This document shows positions 1-10,683 of a stretch of DNA of 32,000 nt, piece by piece (the stretch's first letter is position 1; each line of letters opens with the position of its first letter). The translations under genes and the position numbers were made by a program. A model generated the notes under the pieces. It saw only the letters and a list, made by a program, of their open reading frames with translations. It was not told the origin of the DNA and searched no databases. The stretch comes from Methanimicrococcus stummii (GTDB lineage Archaea; Halobacteriota; Methanosarcinia; Methanosarcinales; Methanosarcinaceae), in contig NZ_CP131062.1 of NCBI RefSeq assembly GCF_032594435.1, positions 742,403-774,402 on the forward strand, read 5' to 3'.

Positions 1-1
1 C

Positions 2-1675
2 GACGGTGATTATCTTCAGATTACGATTGAGGATAACGGTCCCGGCATCATCAAAGAACAAATTCCGAAAGTTTTCGCAAAATTACTTTACGGCTCTCGT
101 TTTCACGCGCTCAAACAAAGCCGCGGCCAGCAGGGTATCGGTATTTCCGCCGCCGTTTTGTACTCTCAAATCACAACAGGAAAATCAACGAAAATCATCT
201 CAAAAGTCGATCACAGATCACCGGCGCATTATTACGAGCTGATGATTGACACAAGCACGAACGAGCCGTCGATTTTGGAAGACAGGATTGTGGACTGGCC
301 CAACGCGCACGGAACGCGAATCGAAATCGAAATGGCCGCCTCATACGTCAAAGGCAGAAAGCAATCCGTTTTCGAATATTTGAAATCCACCGCGATTATC
401 AATCCGCACGCCCGCATCCGCTTGGTCGAGCCCGACGGAAACGAAATCCTGTTCGAGCGCGCGACCGATCAAATCCCGAAGCAAGCGGAAGAAGTTCTGC
501 CGCATCCGCACGGCATTGAACTCGGAACGTTGATGAAAATGCTTCAAAACACGGACCGCCAGAAGCTGGCACCGTTTTTGCGCTACTCGTTTTCAAAAAT
601 CGGCCTTCAGACGGCGGAAGAAATTTGCGATGCGGCCGGATTGGACCGCGAAGCAGATCCGCACGCGCTTGACAGAAACGATGCCGTGAAGCTTTTAAAC
701 GCGTTTAAAAAAGCAAAAATCGTTGCGCCGTCAACCACTTGTTTGTCGCCGATTACGGAAGATTTAATTTATCAGGGTTTAAAAAAGGAGTTCAGCGTTG
801 ACTTTATCGCAACCGCCTCCCGAAAACCTGCGATTTATTCCGGCAATCCGTTCGTGATTGAAGTCGGTGTCGCCTACGGCGGCAATTTCCCGAAAGACGA
901 AAAAGCGCAGATTATGCGTTTTGCAAACCGTGTTCCGCTTCTGTATCAGCAGGGCGCTTGTGTGACAACGCACGCGATTGAAAGCGTTAAATGGAAGCAA
1001 TACAACATCAGCCAACCCGGCGGCGGCGTTCCGTTTGGCCCGTTCGTCATTTTGATTCACATCGCGTCAACAAACGTGCCGTTCACATCCGAATCCAAAG
1101 ACGCGATCGCCGAAATTGACATTATTCGAGAAGAAACCGAACTTGCCGTCAAAGAAGTCGCCCGCAAGTTAAAAACATATCTCGGAAAGCAGGGCGATTT
1201 GGCAAAACGCCGCGAGAAGGAAGTGATTATTACAAAGCTTTTGCCGCAAATGGCCGAAAAAGTCGCGGCGATGGTTGAAAAACCGGTTCCGGACATTCAG
1301 CCGGCCGTTGCCAATATCATGGGCAATCTTTTGGTCAACAGAACGGTAGATGTCGGAGAAGACAGCCAGTCCAATCTGCATTTTGTCTCGCTCGCCGTCC
1401 GCAATTACGGATCTGCGCAGCGAAAATTCAAGATTCACCAGATTCTGCCGTGTGAAATCAAATCCCCGAGTCCGCCGCCGTCAACGATTGTCAGCGTCGG
1501 CGACAATTACGATTACATTTGGGAAGTCAATGTCGCGGCCGGCGCGTCAAAAGTGTTCCGTTTTACACTGGACGGTGCCGATGCCAACGAATTAGCAAAC
1601 ATGGACGAAGTGATCGTCGAAGGAATGGACGAAGAAGACGTAACGGGCGCAAAGGCCCTCAATGAACTGTTTTGA
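2..1675 (+). CDS. top6B: DNA topoisomerase VI subunit B (5' end cut by window edge)
   Basis: The frame is open from nt 2. The translation [16 protein letters not shown]...KLLYGSRF...[18 protein letters not shown] matches GHKL/Bergerat ATPase motifs of Topo VI-B. The Spo11-type A subunit follows 9 nt downstream. Confidence 0.9.
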   Translation, partial: DGDYLQITIEDNGPGIIKEQIPKVFAKLLYGSRFHALKQSRGQQGIGISAAVLYSQITTGKSTKIISKVDHRSPAHYYELMIDTSTNEPSILEDRIVDWPNAHGTRIEIEMAASYVKGRKQSVFEYLKSTAIINPHARIRLVEPDGNEILFERATDQIPKQAEEVLPHPHGIELGTLMKMLQNTDRQKLAPFLRYSFSKIGLQTAEEICDAAGLDREADPHALDRNDAVKLLNAFKKAKIVAPSTTCLSPITEDLIYQGLKKEFSVDFIATASRKPAIYSGNPFVIEVGVAYGGNFPKDEKAQIMRFANRVPLLYQQGACVTTHAIESVKWKQYNISQPGGGVPFGPFVILIHIASTNVPFTSESKDAIAEIDIIREETELAVKEVARKLKTYLGKQGDLAKRREKEVIITKLLPQMAEKVAAMVEKPVPDIQPAVANIMGNLLVNRTVDVGEDSQSNLHFVSLAVRNYGSAQRKFKIHQILPCEIKSPSPPPSTIVSVGDNYDYIWEVNVAAGASKVFRFTLDGADANELANMDEVIVEGMDEEDVTGAKALNELF

Positions 1676-1684
1676 GGTTAAAAA

Positions 1685-3160
1685 ATGGTCCGCAAAAGTA
1701 AAAAAGAAGAGCCGGCAGAAGAAAATTCAGAAAACACTGTCGAAAACAACGCCGGCGAATATGTTTCAGACATTGATGATTATGAAGCCGAATTCGAGGC
1801 GTTCGACGACTATGAAGACGATGCCGGCGACAATATCGGTGATGACGAATACAAAACCGCGAAAGCCGAAAGTTATTCAAGCGACGGCGAATTTGATGAA
1901 TTCGGCAGCGACGAAGACGAAGAGTTTTTCGAGCCCGAGCCGGATTTGTTTGATGATTCCGGCAAGCTGAAATCAAGAATCGAAGACGACACGGCGCCGC
2001 TTAAAAAGCTGGCAGCTGAGACGGAATACGCCGATAAAAATTCGGAGGAATATAAAAAGAAAGTCGCCGACAAAAAGCTTGAAAATGACGCGTGGACGAC
2101 GCGAAAACTCATCGGGCTTGCCGAAACGTTTTACGACCAGTTTGACAGCGGACAGGTGCCGCACGTTTTAATGCCGTCGAGAACAAAGAAAAATCTCGCT
2201 TACAGTGACGAAAGCGAGGTTTGGGTTTACGGTGACATTGAAAGCGAGCGTTCCGCCAAAACCGTCAAAGGCGCACACCAATTGCTTCGAACGGTTTCGG
2301 TTTCGGACTTCGTTGTGTCGGAACACTTGAAAAACAACCGCAGTTCAACATTAAGAGAATTGTATTACATTTCGGAAGGCTGGGGCGCGGCGAAGTTCCA
2401 CGCGCAGTCCGAAAGTGACCGTTTGATTGAGGATTTAGAAATCATAACGGGCGCGCAGCGTGAGTTTTTCCACGTTCGTCCGGAAGAAGACGGCGCAACG
2501 ATGTACGGTCCGCTCCTTCTTCGCGAAGAAACGAAACGCGGCTCACGCGACATTCACTGCCAAAAAGACATCGGCGAAGGCGGTTATCAAATTCCGTTCA
2601 ACGTTGAAAACATTGAATTTTTAAGCCACGACGCAACGATGATTATCGCGGTAGAAACAGGCGGTATGTACGCGCGTTTGATTGAGAACGGTTTTGATGA
2701 AAAATACAATGCGATTCTGGTTCACCTCAAAGGTCAGCCGGCGCGATCGACGCGCCGCATCATTCGCCGCCTGAATACGGAACTCGGAATCCCGGCAACC
2801 GTTTTCACGGACGGTGACCCGTGGTCGTACCGTATTTTCTCTTCCATTGCGTACGGCGCCATCAAAAGCGCGCACCTCTCCGAATACATGGCAACACCCG
2901 AAGCCAAATTCATCGGCGTTCAGCCGTCCGACATCGTTGAATACGAGCTGGCGACTGACAAGCTGTCGGAACAGGACATCGCAGCGCTCAGAAGCGAGCT
3001 TTCCGATCCGCGTTTCGCCTCAGGCTACTGGAAAGAGCAAATCAATCTCCAGCTTGAAATCGGAAAGAAGGCTGAACAGCAAGCTTTTGCCGGCAAAGGT
3101 TTGGATTTCGTGACGGAGACGTATTTACCGGATCGGCTGAAAGATTTAGGGATTATTTAA
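1685..3160 (+). CDS. top6A: DNA topoisomerase VI subunit A (Spo11 family) with a long acidic N-terminal extension
   Basis: ATG is preceded by GAGGT. It has the catalytic-Tyr region TLRELYYIS and Toprim motifs IIAVETGG and [10 protein letters not shown]. At 491 aa it exceeds the usual ~370-390 aa because of a D/E-rich N-terminus. Confidence 0.9.
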   Translation: MVRKSKKEEPAEENSENTVENNAGEYVSDIDDYEAEFEAFDDYEDDAGDNIGDDEYKTAKAESYSSDGEFDEFGSDEDEEFFEPEPDLFDDSGKLKSRIEDDTAPLKKLAAETEYADKNSEEYKKKVADKKLENDAWTTRKLIGLAETFYDQFDSGQVPHVLMPSRTKKNLAYSDESEVWVYGDIESERSAKTVKGAHQLLRTVSVSDFVVSEHLKNNRSSTLRELYYISEGWGAAKFHAQSESDRLIEDLEIITGAQREFFHVRPEEDGATMYGPLLLREETKRGSRDIHCQKDIGEGGYQIPFNVENIEFLSHDATMIIAVETGGMYARLIENGFDEKYNAILVHLKGQPARSTRRIIRRLNTELGIPATVFTDGDPWSYRIFSSIAYGAIKSAHLSEYMATPEAKFIGVQPSDIVEYELATDKLSEQDIAALRSELSDPRFASGYWKEQINLQLEIGKKAEQQAFAGKGLDFVTETYLPDRLKDLGII

Positions 3161-3162
3161 AA

Positions 3163-3306
3163 AAATTTTGTTCGCTTCGCTCACAAAATTTCAGAGCGGG
3201 GGGAGAGAGGCGTTTGCAGAAAATTGTTCGGCTGCGCCTCACAATTTTTATGGTTTCGCCGTCGATTAGGACAGGTGTTTACAAAAAAATCGCTTCGCGA
3301 TTTTTT
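3163..3306 (+). terminator. Three consecutive AT-stem hairpins downstream of top6A, putative terminator modules
   Basis: Hairpin 1 (3163-3191) is AAATTTTGT/ACAAAATTT. Hairpin 2 (3220-3248) is AAAATTGT/ACAATTTT. Hairpin 3 (3284-3306) is AAAAAATCGC-TTC-GCGATTTTTT. Hairpins 2 and 3 are each followed by a T-run and TATGGYTTC. Confidence 0.4.
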
Positions 3307-3349
3307 ATGGCTTCACCTTAACGGTTAAAATATTCAAAAAACGAGTTTG

Positions 3350-3422
3350 GTTTGAATGAAATTTTCATTCAAACTTATTTTTAATTAAATTAAAAAAGAA
3401 ATATTTGAATGAATCATTCAAA
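3350..3422. repeat. Two palindromes sharing the half-site TTTGAATGA / TCATTCAAA
   Basis: 3350-3374 reads GTTTGAATGAAA-T-TTTCATTCAAAC. 3404-3422 reads TTTGAATGA-A-TCATTCAAA. Both lie between the convergent top6A and the Lrp-like gene, and the second lies 6 nt beyond the Lrp-like stop codon. Confidence 0.5.
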
Positions 3423-3428
3423 CAAATT

Positions 3429-3659
3429 TTAAAGTTCGGCGCCGACAATCGTCTGCGTTGCCGTCACGTTCGGGCTTTCGCGGATTTTGTCAACGATATC
3501 GTTGAGTTCGCGCAGGGTTTCAAGTTCGACGATGACAACGAAATCGAATTCTCCGAAAACGTGGTAAACGTCTTTGACGCCGGCAAAAGACTTCAAATCG
3601 TTGTAAGCGTTCTTTTCAGAACCCGGCAATACATTTAACATTGTAACTCCGATAACCAT
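3429..3659 (-). CDS. Stand-alone Lrp/AsnC-family ligand-binding (RAM) domain protein, 76 aa
   Basis: The translation [60 protein letters not shown]... has the typical beta-alpha-beta-beta-alpha-beta RAM pattern of small archaeal Lrp/AsnC proteins. Confidence 0.75.
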   Translation of the reverse strand: MVIGVTMLNVLPGSEKNAYNDLKSFAGVKDVYHVFGEFDFVVIVELETLRELNDIVDKIRESPNVTATQTIVGAEL

Positions 3660-4029
3660 GTTTTTTTCCTCTGTTGGATTTATGAAAAATTATTGAAATT
3701 TGTTTTTAACTTTACGTCTGTCGATTTTGAATCGACCGGATAAAAATAAAACTATTCGATTTGTTATATAGATAACGCAGGGAGAGTTGAAAAATAAAAA
3801 TAAAAAAACGTTAATGTTTAAATTGTTTCAAAGTCAATTCCTTTCTTCATATATCAAATCTTCATGAGGATGATTTGAAAATGCTTTTTTGGAAGATTCG
3901 TTTAACGTTTTTTCAATTTCACAATAACGGAACAATCTTGAAATCTTTCATGACACGATGAATTGTTTTTGATCTTTTCGTAAATTAAATTGAACCATTT
4001 ATTACAACTTTTTTTTATTGTTTTAATTT

Positions 4030-4824
4030 TTATTTTTGATTCATTTTCTCTTTCATCGCCGAAACCAGCGCTTCAAACGTAAATTCATCGGGAACGACAT
4101 CCACCGTAACGCCGAAACTCTCAACGGTTTGCGCCGTCGGGTCGCCGATTGCACCGACAACAGCTTCATTCAGCTGGCTGATGACTTCGTCGCGGTCACC
4201 GATTTTATCGGCAAGCGCCATGAAATTTTTCACCATCATCGTGCTCGTAAACGCGAACGCTTCAATTTCGCCGGCGATCGTTTTTTCAATCAATTCATCT
4301 TGGAGCGCGCCTTCGGGAATGTCAAGCGTATAAACATGCGTTTGATGAACCGTCGCGCCGGCATCGATTAATCCCTGAACCAAAACGGCGGAGCCGTAAA
4401 AGCTTCTCGGAATATCAATGATTTTTCCGGAAACATCTTTTCCGAGGTCGTTGACGAGACCGACAGAACTGTATTCGCCCGGCATCATCGAACTTTCCAA
4501 GCCGTAGCTTTCAAGTTTTTTGCGCGTCGTCGGACCGATGGCAACAATTTTGATTTTTTTCAGCGCGTCTAAAAAATCTTTTTCGCCGACACCGTCTAAA
4601 TTTTTCAATGTGTAATCAATTCCGTTCGCACTTGTAAAAATCACAAGATCCGTTTTCGAAGAGAGAACACGTTTTACAAAACCGTCAAAAGCGTCGTCTT
4701 TCATTCCTTTCAGCGTGACGACCGGGACGGAAAACGGCTGGAATCCGGCGGCAACCGCCGTGTCTTCTGACGCGTCCGTGTAAGTTTCCGGGCGCATAAT
4801 CGCAAGAACGGGTCTTTTTTCCAT
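4030..4824 (-). CDS. hemD: Uroporphyrinogen-III synthase
   Basis: The 264-aa product has HemD-like sequence (LVIFTSANGIDY..., IVAIGPTTRKKLE..., FAFTSTMMVKNF). It sits immediately downstream of the SUMT gene in the same orientation. Confidence 0.8.
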   Translation of the reverse strand: MEKRPVLAIMRPETYTDASEDTAVAAGFQPFSVPVVTLKGMKDDAFDGFVKRVLSSKTDLVIFTSANGIDYTLKNLDGVGEKDFLDALKKIKIVAIGPTTRKKLESYGLESSMMPGEYSSVGLVNDLGKDVSGKIIDIPRSFYGSAVLVQGLIDAGATVHQTHVYTLDIPEGALQDELIEKTIAGEIEAFAFTSTMMVKNFMALADKIGDRDEVISQLNEAVVGAIGDPTAQTVESFGVTVDVVPDEFTFEALVSAMKEKMNQK

Positions 4825-4840
4825 ATTCGTCTCCCCATTT

Positions 4841-5593
4841 TTAAATTTGTTCGCCTAAAATGTCATGCAAATTGACAACGTCGCCGATGACCGTTATTGC
4901 CGGCGCTTTGACATTTCGCTCTTCTGCCAGAGCGGCGATGTTTTCAAGCGTTCCGATTGTGACGCGCTGATCCGGGCGAGTGCCTTTTTCAATCAGCGCA
5001 ACCGGTGTTTTCGGGTCTTTTCCGAATTTGAGAAGCTCGCCGCAATTGCGCTCAAGCATTTTAACGCCCATGAAAATGACAAGCGTGCCGTCAAATTTCG
5101 CTAAAAGTTCCCAATCAAGACCGGTTTCATCTTTGGTCGGATCTTCATGTCCGGTGATAAACGTTACCATTGAGTTGCTGTTGCGGTGTGTAATCGGAAT
5201 GCCCGCGTAAGCCGGAGCGGCAACGGCAGACGTAATTCCGGGAACAACTTCAAATTTGATTCCTTCTTTGACCAGCTCTTCAGCTTCTTCGCCGCCGCGA
5301 CCGAAAACGTACGGGTCGCCGCCTTTTAAGCGTAAAACGGTTTTGCCTTCTTTGGCTTTTTCAATAATGACTTCATTGATTTTATCCTGCGTCAGCGTGT
5401 GATTTCCGGCATATTTTCCGGCGTCAATTTTTTCGGTTTTTTCGGGAATTAAGCTTAAAATCGCTTCTCCCGGAAGCTGGTCATAAATGACGACATCCGC
5501 TTCATCAATGAGGCGGCGCGCTTTCACCGTCAGCAGATCGGGATTGCCCGGACCGGATCCTGCCAAATAAACTTTACCGTATTTTTCAGACAT
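4841..5593 (-). CDS. cobA: Uroporphyrinogen-III C-methyltransferase (SUMT)
   Basis: It carries GKVYLAGSGPGNPDLLTVKARRLIDEADVVIYDQL, LKGGDPYVFGRGGEE and VVPGITSAVAAPAYAGIPITHR. The start is taken at the ATG at 25 nt below the ORF maximum (5593), which is preceded by GGGGAAT; the ORF could extend to 5617. Confidence 0.88.
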   Translation of the reverse strand: MSEKYGKVYLAGSGPGNPDLLTVKARRLIDEADVVIYDQLPGEAILSLIPEKTEKIDAGKYAGNHTLTQDKINEVIIEKAKEGKTVLRLKGGDPYVFGRGGEEAEELVKEGIKFEVVPGITSAVAAPAYAGIPITHRNSNSMVTFITGHEDPTKDETGLDWELLAKFDGTLVIFMGVKMLERNCGELLKFGKDPKTPVALIEKGTRPDQRVTIGTLENIAALAEERNVKAPAITVIGDVVNLHDILGEQI

Positions 5594-5646
5594 TTTTATA
5601 TTCCCCAATTTAATCATCAGTAAACATCAATAGTAATTCGTAGTTA

Positions 5647-6426
5647 TCATTTGTGTCCGAGAAGTCTTAAAATCGGCGACTTCTTTTCATTCTTTTCGCG
5701 GTCCCAGTCAAATCCGGAAACTTTTTTCGCCAAATCGGCTTCGTTCGCGTAAATGTGCGCGGAAGTGGACGTTAAAATAATTTCAACCAATTCGCAGCCG
5801 GCCGGTTTGATGACGAGTTCGTCAAAGGCTTTTGCGATGCCGCAAAGGTTTGCCCAAACCGCGTCGCCGTAATCGTTGGACCGGAACAGCAGGCGAAGAG
5901 ATACTTGATTGTCGTCGAGCAGGCGAACCTGATACCAATTAAAGCACGGCGGATTGTGAGAGTTCCAATACATCGGGTGATAAATCGTTCCAACGTTTTG
6001 ATTGGACTGAATTTCGGTTTTCAGATTTTCCGCTAATTTTTCTTTGGACACTTCCATTTGATCGATTTCGCCTTCAATCGTTTGGAATTTGCGCATCAGT
6101 TCAATGTAAGTGTATTCAAAATCGGTATCATCGCCCTGGCGTTTTCCGACATCGCAGAGCGGCACAAGGAAACTGTCCTGATAATCGGTGATTTTGTCGC
6201 CCGCCCATCTGAAATTTTCAGGCGTGACGCCGGCCAAAACATCATCAATCGCCTGGCCGTAAATTTGAATTATCGCGTAAATTTCGCGCGCGCGTTTCGG
6301 CTCGCCGGCGTGGCCGAATGTGATATCTTTCCCGTCAAGAACAATATCCTCCGTAATTCTCTTGTACAAAGAATCAATGTTTTCGCCGGAATATGTTTTA
6401 ACAAATGTGAGTGAGGACGGTTTCAT
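5647..6426 (-). CDS. thyA: Thymidylate synthase family protein (archaeal/methanogen type)
   Basis: The motif block NPPCFNWYQVRLL...LSLRLLFRSNDYGDAVWANL resembles the ThyA catalytic Cys region and the RSxD...N motif. Confidence 0.6.
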   Translation of the reverse strand: MKPSSLTFVKTYSGENIDSLYKRITEDIVLDGKDITFGHAGEPKRAREIYAIIQIYGQAIDDVLAGVTPENFRWAGDKITDYQDSFLVPLCDVGKRQGDDTDFEYTYIELMRKFQTIEGEIDQMEVSKEKLAENLKTEIQSNQNVGTIYHPMYWNSHNPPCFNWYQVRLLDDNQVSLRLLFRSNDYGDAVWANLCGIAKAFDELVIKPAGCELVEIILTSTSAHIYANEADLAKKVSGFDWDREKNEKKSPILRLLGHK

Positions 6427-6502
6427 AAAAAATCACAATTTCCTGATTTATTTTTAAGCAGCCCGAAATATGCTTTAAACTTATTTAAAAGTTCATTCAC
6501 CC

Positions 6503-6830
6503 TTTTGAAAAAAATCAAAAATAGGCATGGATTTTTGAAAAATAATCAAAAATGGTCATGGATTTTTGAAAAATAATCAAAATGGTCATTGGTTTTTGAA
6601 AAATAATCAAAAATGCGGCAGTTCGCGCGCGGCGACGGCGACAGCAGGTGGAAACGGCAAGGTGCGGCGCCCCGTTCGCGAAGCGAACGGCTGCCATAAG
6701 AGAAAGGAGAGGCAAGCGCGCAAACAACAAGGTAGCAGCAGCAAACGCAAACAGTAAGGTAGCAACAGCAAACGCAAACAGTAAGGTAGCAGCAGCAAGC
6801 GCAAACACCAATGCAAATGCACACAGACAC
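6503..6830 (-). repeat. Composite intergenic repeat element, copy A (inverted relative to copy B)
   Basis: It contains four tandem ~30-nt units TTTTGAAAAATAATCAAAAATGGNCATGGA (6503-6615). It also has a conserved GC-rich core with the hairpin CCGTTCGC-GAA-GCGAACGG, and about 3.5 tandem 27-nt units (about 6712-6812). The reverse complement aligns by eye with 27001-27385. Confidence 0.8.
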
Positions 6831-6938
6831 AAGAAATGTAATGAAAAAACACAAGTCTCAAATTAAACAAAAATGAAAACGAAACAAGAAAAATATAAAA
6901 AACAAGAAAAAGAAAAACAAAAAAAAGTTTTCAAAAAA

Positions 6939-9257
6939 TCACAAAACTTCTTTCCATTTTTCAATATTCTTCAAACTGATGCCGGTTTCTTTCGCCAATT
7001 TTCCGGAATCGGCCGATGCCAAATCTGATAAAGTCATAACGCCGGCATCGTTTAATTTTTCAAGTGAAGCCGTTCCGAGTCCTTTAATATCTGAAAGTTC
7101 CGTCGGATTCGCGGCTTTCGCCTCTCTTTCTGCTTTTGCCGCCGCCTTTTCTTTTCGGATTCGTTTGGCGCGTTCGGCGGATGTCTCGGCGACAATGCCG
7201 TTTTTCTCATCCTCCTCAACCTTTTTCTGCCATTCGATAAAATTGCAATGCGGGCAGCCGAGTTCCCACGGGCGTTTGCCTTCCGTGATGATTTTAATTT
7301 TATACATTTGGTGATCGTCACACATTTTATCCGTCACAACGACCTGTCCCGTTCGCGGAACCGGAAGCGAAAAGTCACAGTCAGGGTAGCCGCTGCAGCC
7401 GATAAAGCGAGATCCCTTCTTCGATTTTCGAATAATCAAATCCGAGCCGCAGCGCTGGCATTTGCCGACGATTTTATCCTCGCGAAGACCGGACTGTAAA
7501 GAACGGCCGATATCTTCGTGATTCTTTTCAAGCTCGTCGAAAATGTTGTTCAGCATTTCACGAGATTCTTTTAAAACGATTGCTTCCGAAATCTGACCTT
7601 CTGAAATTTTATCCATGTCAGCTTCCAGCTGTTTGGTCATATCCGGCTTCACGATTGTCGGCGCGTACTGCTCAAGCGTATCAATAACGGAATAAGCCAT
7701 ATTCGTCGGCTGAAGCGGATTGCCGTGAACATAATAACGAGAAACAAGCTTATTAATAATGTCGGCGCGCGTCGCTTTTGTTCCGATGCCCATATCATCC
7801 ATGATACGAATCAAACGGCCCTGACCGTAACGGCTCGGCGGCTGCGTTTCTTTATCAAATAATTCTTTGTGCGTAATTTTAAGCAAGCCGCCTTCTTCCA
7901 AATGCGGCAAAACGCGGTCTTCGGGCTTATTGTACGGATAATACCAGCGCCAGCCTTCCTCCGTTAAGCGCGAGCCGTTGCTCTTGAATTCTTCGCTGTT
8001 GATATCGATTTCAACTTTCATGGTGTCCCACTCGGCTTCGCCGGCAAATGTCGCGAAGAAGCGGCGGACAACCAATTCGTAAATCTTCCATTCGTCCTCT
8101 TTCATGTCAGTGCGCTTCGCCGGCGCGACAGGGTGAATCGGCGGGTGAGCCGGGTCTTCCTTTTTGCCCTGCGTCGGCTTTAAACCGTCTTTGTCAGCGA
8201 TTTTAAGCAATGCTTTCGCGTACGTGTCAAATTCGGTGCCGACGAACATTTCAATGAGCGAACGCAATTCCAAGCTTTCCGGATAAATCGTGCTGTCCGT
8301 TCTCGGATAAGACAAATAACCGGCTTCGTAAAGCGTTTGGTACATGCGTTTCGCGTTGTTAACGGAAATGCCGACAGCGTTGGCCGCGACATAAAATTCG
8401 GTCGTATTGAAAGGAATCGGCGGTTTTTCTTTGCGCTTTTTTGCTTCAATGCTTTTGATTTTCGCGTCATTGCCGACAACGACATTTGAATAAACGCGCT
8501 CGGCGATTTCTTTTTCAAAAATGCGGTTCGTGTGGTATTCCGCGATAAACGATTCATTGGATTTTGTTTCAAGCGTTGTTTCGATTTCCCAATATTGAAC
8601 CGGAATGAACGCTTCACGCTCTTTTTCGCGTTCGACAATCAAGGCGAGCGTCGGCGACTGAACGCGCCCGACAGACAAAAAGAGTTTTCCGAGACGGCCG
8701 GCGCAAAGCGAGATGTAGCGCGTGAGTGCTGCGCCCCAAACCAAGTCAATCACTTCGCGCGCGTGACCGGCATCCGCCAAATCAAAATTCACGGTTGTTA
8801 AATTTTCAAACGCATGCGTGATGTCTTTCGGTGTAATCGCACTGTAAAGCGCGCGGTTGAACTTAATGTCAGGATTGACGGACTGAACCAGCGTCAACGC
8901 TTCAACGCCGATCAATTCTCCTTCACGATCGTAGTCAGTTGCGATTGTGACAAGATCGGCTTTCTTGCCGATGACTTTCAGCGCCGTTACGATTTTTTTA
9001 TTCGTTGAAATCGGTATGATTTCAGCGTCAATTAAATCTCTGGCCAAATTCTTTTGCCAGTTGTTGTATTCGCTCGGAAAATCAATTCCGACAACGTGTC
9101 CGCTCAAACCCATGACGACCGTGTGATCATCATTATAAGTAAACTCATACGTCTCAATACCCAATTTGGGGTAGCGAACTTTTTTAACTTTATTCTCCGA
9201 AAGGATTGCGGCAATACGCTTGGCAGCCGTATCCTTTTCCGTAATAATCAGATACAT
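6939..9257 (-). CDS. topA: DNA topoisomerase I, type IA, with C-terminal Zn-ribbons and HhH repeats
   Basis: The N-terminus MYLIITEKDTAAKRIA plus DYDREGE gives a Toprim domain. The region GYLSYPRTDS carries the catalytic Tyr. Zn-ribbons are CQRCGSDL...CSGYPDC and CDDH...CPHC. The C-terminus is IKGLGTASLEKLNDAGV...LAKETGISLKNIEKW. Confidence 0.9.
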   Translation of the reverse strand: MYLIITEKDTAAKRIAAILSENKVKKVRYPKLGIETYEFTYNDDHTVVMGLSGHVVGIDFPSEYNNWQKNLARDLIDAEIIPISTNKKIVTALKVIGKKADLVTIATDYDREGELIGVEALTLVQSVNPDIKFNRALYSAITPKDITHAFENLTTVNFDLADAGHAREVIDLVWGAALTRYISLCAGRLGKLFLSVGRVQSPTLALIVEREKEREAFIPVQYWEIETTLETKSNESFIAEYHTNRIFEKEIAERVYSNVVVGNDAKIKSIEAKKRKEKPPIPFNTTEFYVAANAVGISVNNAKRMYQTLYEAGYLSYPRTDSTIYPESLELRSLIEMFVGTEFDTYAKALLKIADKDGLKPTQGKKEDPAHPPIHPVAPAKRTDMKEDEWKIYELVVRRFFATFAGEAEWDTMKVEIDINSEEFKSNGSRLTEEGWRWYYPYNKPEDRVLPHLEEGGLLKITHKELFDKETQPPSRYGQGRLIRIMDDMGIGTKATRADIINKLVSRYYVHGNPLQPTNMAYSVIDTLEQYAPTIVKPDMTKQLEADMDKISEGQISEAIVLKESREMLNNIFDELEKNHEDIGRSLQSGLREDKIVGKCQRCGSDLIIRKSKKGSRFIGCSGYPDCDFSLPVPRTGQVVVTDKMCDDHQMYKIKIITEGKRPWELGCPHCNFIEWQKKVEEDEKNGIVAETSAERAKRIRKEKAAAKAEREAKAANPTELSDIKGLGTASLEKLNDAGVMTLSDLASADSGKLAKETGISLKNIEKWKEVL

Positions 9258-9626
9258 TTAGAACTCCGATGAATGAAAATTAATTTCCGGGAATTTCAAA
9301 CAAATGCCCGGATCAGACACTTACAGCATTATTTCATTTTGAATGGTTAGAATGGAAAACTTTGTTATTTATATTTTTTTGAAACTACTTTTCATATAAA
9401 ATAAATTAAAAAAATACAAGAAAAGACAACGATCACCAAAAAAACAGGTGATTGAATAAAAAATGTAAAAACAACAAAAATTGAAAAAACCAACCAACCT
9501 TGAAAAACAAACAACCCTGAAAAACAGAAAAACCGTAAAACCTGTGAAAGTGATTAAAGATTATTTTAAAAATAATCGTTTAATTCACAGCGTTTTTAAT
9601 AATTTAAAAAATGCGCGTCGGAAAAA

Positions 9627-9983
9627 TTATCCGAGGTGTTTTTTAATAATTTCAACCAAATCGGCGCTTTTAATGGGCTTTCCGATGACTTCTTTGACGC
9701 CGGCTTTCAAAATGTCGTCGCCTTTTGCCGAAGAGAATGAGGTTAAAGCGACAATAACGGCATCCGAATCGTATTGTAAAATCTTTTCGGTTGCCTGAAT
9801 GCCGTCTATGTTTGGCATGACAATATCCATAATGACAATGTCGGGGCTGAATTTTTTATAAAGCTCAACTGCGCTTTCGCCGTCTTTTGCCTGTTCGACA
9901 GCATATCCGGAGTTTTGAATCGTTTGAACAAGAAGGTCACGAAGCAAATCCTCATCATCGACAACCAGTACTTTTTTTTGCAT
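9627..9983 (-). CDS. Single-domain response regulator (CheY-like receiver)
   Basis: The 118-aa product has VLVVDDE, a putative phospho-acceptor in PDIVIMDIVMPNIDG, and LTSF...KP. Confidence 0.85.
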   Translation of the reverse strand: MQKKVLVVDDEDLLRDLLVQTIQNSGYAVEQAKDGESAVELYKKFSPDIVIMDIVMPNIDGIQATEKILQYDSDAVIVALTSFSSAKGDDILKAGVKEVIGKPIKSADLVEIIKKHLG

Positions 9984-10366
9984 AATAAATCACTCTCATA
10001 AATAACCAAACTGAATCATACACTAAACTAAAACATAGGAACCGACCATGTTTTTAGTCCCATCTTTACCAAATGAGATTATATGATACCTATCATAGAA
10101 TAGATTATAAACTATTCGCTGAATTTGAAATTCATTGAATTGCATTAAAAAATGCGCTCAAATATAAAATAACTTCGTTGAGGGGATAGAGAATTATTTT
10201 GAAAAATAAACCGTTTAAAATTAAACTCAAAAATTAAGACAAAACTAATAAAATTCAATCAAAAATAAAAAAAACAACAATAAAACAAAAACCAAGAAAT
10301 AGAAAATTAAATCGAAAAAATGATTAAACGTTAAGCTCAGCCATTAAAAAATAAAAACAATAGCGA

Positions 10367-10438
10367 TGGACTGATCGGGAATTGAACCCGAGGCCTCTAC
10401 CATGCCAAGGTAGCGATCTTCCGCTGATCTACCAGCCC
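10367..10438 (-). tRNA. tRNA-Ala (anticodon GGC)
   Basis: Hand-folded cloverleaf: GGGCTGG-TA-GATC-AGCGGAA-GATC-G-CTACC-TTGGCAT-GGTAG-AGGCC-TCGGG-TTCAATT-CCCGA-TCAGTCC-A. It has the G3:U70 Ala identity pair. CCA is not encoded. Confidence 0.9.
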
Positions 10439-10683
10439 AATGAAAATACAAATATGATGATAAAATCAAACAAAATTAACGCTGTCACAGCCGCCCGATT
10501 CAAAACGAATTGTGCAGACTGCTTGCGGATGTAACACAAGGAATAATTTCTATAAATAATTGTCGATTTGGAAGAAGACTTTCGGTCAATCGAAAAATCA
10601 AAGAAACGGCATATGGCAAAACCTTTAAATATCACAATACATATTAGAGGATTGTTGTCTCACGAGCAGCAACAAAACAATTA

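Noticed and set aside
3405-3638. A 77-aa plus-strand ORF overlapping the Lrp-like gene.
   Set aside because: The minus-strand frame gives a textbook RAM-domain sequence, and the plus-strand frame has no recognisable features.
6515-6870. Overlapping ORFs in several frames on both strands at 6515-6870, and likewise at 26970-27434, encoding Leu/Cys/Ala-rich repeats.
   Set aside because: The 27-nt (9-codon) tandem repeats keep every frame open. All frames are open simultaneously, there is no start context, and the region is intergenic between well-defined genes.
10560-10582. CGATTTGGAAGAAGAC, which resembles the plus-strand 5' end of the CRISPR repeat (GATTTGGAGACC).
   Set aside because: Only an 8-nt exact match, with no further similarity, so it is likely chance.
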